A DNA stretch of 64,000 nt. Origin: Mustelus asterias (lineage: Eukaryota). The position numbers and the translations under genes were made by a program. The stretch is from contig NC_135808.1 of the NCBI RefSeq assembly GCF_964213995.1, positions 99,882,001 through 99,946,000 of the forward strand, given 5' to 3'. Shown piece by piece: positions 60,626 to 64,000 of the stretch (its first letter is position 1; every line of letters begins with the position of its first letter). The notes beneath the pieces were generated by a model. It made no database searches and had not been told where the DNA came from. It was given only the letters and a program-made list of their open reading frames with translations.

Positions 60626-60848
60626 CAATACAGATTTGCAACAACTTTGGAGTCATACATACTAGATTTTATACTAGTCACTCAAAATATCCAATAACTT
60701 TATCTTTGAACTAAAAATACAATTTACATTTTTATGCTGCAGATGAAACACAGAAAACCACTTTTATAGGTCAGGGAAAATAGGCAGCTGTGAGGAAAAA
60801 ATGTGATGTTGTCTTGAACTTGTGTATGTATCTTTTAAACCAATACAG

Positions 60849-60930
60849 ATGAACCCAGAGAATTTGTATTTGAATATGGGCTCGGTCCAAGCTGCTGTTT
60901 TGAGTAGCAACAAAATCAATATTCCAGGAA
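60849..60930 (+). CDS. ARMH1: ARMH1 coding exon 10 (MNPENLYLNMGSVQAAVLSSNKINIPG)
   Basis: tacag acceptor, gtaagt donor, 82 nt. Resembles human [24 protein letters not shown]. Confidence 0.88.
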
Positions 60931-61024
60931 GTAAGTCAGAGTTAATACTATGTCCTCAGCAAAAATACACATTTTACCAGTTAATAGATTACATTAATAA
61001 CTGGTTTATGTTTTATCCCAACAG

Positions 61025-61041
61025 TTGAAGTACCAGAATGA
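61025..61041 (+). CDS. ARMH1: ARMH1 probable last coding exon (IEVPE*)
   Basis: caacag acceptor after a 94-nt intron. The frame closes at TGA 61039-61041; total CDS 1224 nt. Confidence 0.6.
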
Positions 61042-63149
61042 ATCCCAAACTCAGTTCTCGCATTACAGGATGGAGCTCTTTTTAAACAAATGAAAATGAA
61101 AAAGATCAATGCAACGCTTTTATGAATTAATTATATTTTTGAATAGACTTCAGGTAGCCAGAACGAAATGGTGTTTCAACTAGCATAATGTCTCTCCCAT
61201 TCTATCTTAAAACAGTAGAAATTCATTCTAACCATTAGTGATGGATTATGCTTATAGATACCATGTTACTAGCTCTGCACACTAACAGAATGACCAAGTT
61301 CAATATCTTTTAATTATTTGAAACTTATATTCTCTGGTATTTGTATGACCATCCATTAGATAAAATGTAAAAAAATATATAATTTTTGGCATCACTGTTA
61401 TGTTTGCCATGGTTGTCTTTTAACTGGTCAAAATGTGTAACTGTTGGTAAATATTGTAAGAAAATATTGCATTCATGCTTTTTTAAAAAACTATGGGTAA
61501 CGGTTTCTTGGTGGAAAATGGTGAGCTGAGGATTCTAATTGTGTGTACCAGTGTAGGTTTTGAAGGAAGACATAAGATTGGAAACAAGCCTGTGCCAACA
61601 GTGGCTTGTGATATTGTGAGCACTCCTGATCCTTGTGGCTCCACATGAACAGAACTTACCTTTCTGCCATTGGCCTTTAGCAGTCCCTTTAAGTTCTACC
61701 AAAAGGCTCAAAGTCATGTAAATTCAGGGTGAATATTAGATGTATGAAATTGGTTTAAAGGCAGAAAAACAATGTGCTTGATTTATGCCAGTGGAGCAAA
61801 CTACCAACTTGAGGCCTTGAGAGATCAGAATTGGAATGAAGATTGTTCCTAAATTTCAGCAGTGACATGGAATCACTGATGTAACTTGGGTGTTTGTAGC
61901 ATTCATTTGTAGGTCCAACTTCCATCCCAGGAACCTGAACACAATATCTCGGCTAACTCACTAGTGCAATATTGTCAGAGATGCCCTCTTTTGGATAAGA
62001 ATTAAACCAACGCCCATCTGTCTTCTCAGATGGACATTTAAAATAAAAATCCCTGGAGACTATTTTGAAGGAAAGCAAGAAGCTGACTTGGCAGCTTCAA
62101 CTCGAGTGTGAATCTTTAGTCTCTCTTTAAAAGCAGACAGGTTTTGCTCACATCGTGTGGGAGTACAGAGTGAGACTACAGGTCCTGAGCTTAAGTTAAT
62201 TTGTATTTGACTTTAACACTTTGCTGCCAGTCAGAGATGGAGGTTCTTATTCTCAGAGCTTTTGATTCTCTGCACACACCTTTAGTCAAATGATACTTTC
62301 TATCCCAGGATTATAGAAAGATTTTTGACTGAGTTAATTTTGACATTGTTAATTTTAATAAAACTTGCCTCCCATGCAGTGAGGTCATTTCCTATTCTGA
62401 AATCAACATTATTAATAGGCAATTCAAACAGCAACATCCATTTATTAAAGCACAGTTTAAATTCACTCTACAAAATTAAACAGTTAAATAAGTATCCTGT
62501 ATCCATACTCTTATTTAGCAAATTTTCTGGAGAGAAATTCATAATTTGAGTTTTGAGTCAAATCTGTACCTCTGAGGATAATAATCTTTGGGTGATTAAG
62601 ACAGAAATTTAGTCACTTCACCCTCAAATATAAAATTTCCATAATTTTTGTTCTGATTTATACCCACTATAAATACATTAGATGGTATCAATTTGTCACC
62701 AGCTCCACCAACTGGTACAACTCTGGAGAAACACGAGATACACTCCCCAAAACTATTGCCATTAGTCAACTTCCAGTAGTCTGCTTTTACATGTCTTATC
62801 TAATGACCATAAAATGCTGGTCTTCTTGAAATCATTCCTTTCATCAGTTTCTTTTACTACCTTGAGGTAGTAAATCTTTACATTTCTGCTATTCCCCCCT
62901 CATTGCAATTACTTTTCTGTTCACTTTCAACTTATTTATCTCTCCAGCTTCTGCGTGGTTCGCAAACAATGGTTTCCTGCACCTTATGTGCTTGTGGGAT
63001 ATGTTATAGCTTCCTACTTTATATTAGAAATTTTACTGTCTTCTAAGTGGAAAAGAATACAGTTTTTAAATTCCTCCATTAAGAACATTTCTCTAAGGTT
63101 TCAGCATCTTGCTCCAACTTCATCACCCTATACCATCTATCAAACACCA

Positions 63150-64000
63150 GGCGCGCGATCTTACTGGCCTGCCACACCTGTCAATCAGCATGGTGAGCCA
63201 AGAATATAACGTACGAGAGGAAAAATACGATTCGTGGTTTGCTATCCTCTCGGCCCTCTTTTGTTGACGAGAATAGCTTCGCGCCCAGAAAGGGCACAAA
63301 GCCTATTAACATAAATTTAAAAGGGTTTACCTGGTTTGGCTTGCTGCTTCAGCCCTCACAGCTGCTTCCCCACTGCCCCTGCTGGCGTGATGTCATTCCA
63401 GTGAGAATCACCTTTGCTCTGCAGGAGCGGAGATCAGGCACCATGGCCACACAGAGGGGAAAATCAGATGCCACTGAAGCCTTTAGGTGGTGGAGGTCAT
63501 GGCCGCACAGTGCCCATTAGGCAGTGCCCATCTGGTACCCTGGCAGTGCCTGGAGTAAATGTGTGCCAGGGCAGTGCCAAGGGGATGTGGCCCCAGTGGT
63601 GGTGGTTCAATGACAGAGAGGGGGGCATGTTGTGGCTGTGCCAGGGTACTCATTGGGAGGGCCCAGATGCCGCAGCCTGTGTTGGTGTGGGTGAGTGACA
63701 ATGCCGCCGATGATTTGGTGGAGAGTGGGGGGTTGTTCGGGAGGTAGTCTCAGTTCAGTAGGAGATTGGGGCACTTTGTGCAATGGCGCTCAAGTGCTCT
63801 GAAGCCAACTTCCTTGATGTACTTAACACTGCCCCCGCCCCACCACCAGTGCAAAGCTTCCAGCTGTCAGAAAAACAGTGCCAGCAGTGCTGAACTCGCC
63901 CTAAAGACCTGTGTGGAACATTCTCATTTTCACACTTTTATGACACGAAGATTCCACCATATTTCTTTTTCTCCAGCAAATTCCACAAAGATCTGATTTT
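63150..64000. mobile_element. GC-rich repeat-derived segment with GGCAGTGCC motif repeats
   Basis: Abrupt GC/CpG rise from ggcgcgcgatcttac, with repeated gcagtgcc/tgccaggg at 63505-63650. Confidence 0.45.

Noticed and set aside
62853-62880. let-7/miR-98-like TGAGGTAGTA within a 10-bp inverted repeat
   Set aside because: The match stops after ~10-11 nt and the hairpin geometry does not fit a pre-miRNA.
61041-64000. U5 snRNA genes expected near ARMH1 from recalled human synteny
   Set aside because: I found no U5 loop I (GCCTTTTAC) in a U5-like stem with an Sm site by eye. The GCCTTTTAC-like string near 5055 lacks that context.

Overview
AT-rich, repeat-dense eukaryotic DNA, most likely from an elasmobranch (shark). 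This is inferred from HE1-type V-SINEs, Deu-domain SINEs and abundant CR1/HER1 LINEs. Three spliced protein-coding genes can be reconstructed by hand with consistent exon phases: the first four exons of ECHDC2 (minus strand, running off the left edge), complete TMEM53 (minus, 3 exons, 280 aa) and complete ARMH1/C1orf228 (plus, 11 coding exons, 407 aa). TMEM53 and ARMH1 are head-to-head on a CpG-rich promoter containing an RFX X-box. Most short ORFs in the supplied track are artefacts of SINE/LINE sequence. The main observations are: a U12-type minor intron in ARMH1; a GC-donor intron in ECHDC2; a decayed Penelope-like element whose terminal repeat is scattered as fold-back palindromes carrying minimal hammerhead-ribozyme motifs (two families); a ~630-bp LINE-tail palindrome with a sharply homogenised inner core; three solo LTRs with perfect 5-bp TSDs; a 686-bp retrovirus-like solo LTR nested in a LINE; and two V-SINE families that share a head but have different LINE-derived tails. 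All family names come from recalled similarity, not database searches. Repeat boundaries are approximate unless TSDs are quoted.
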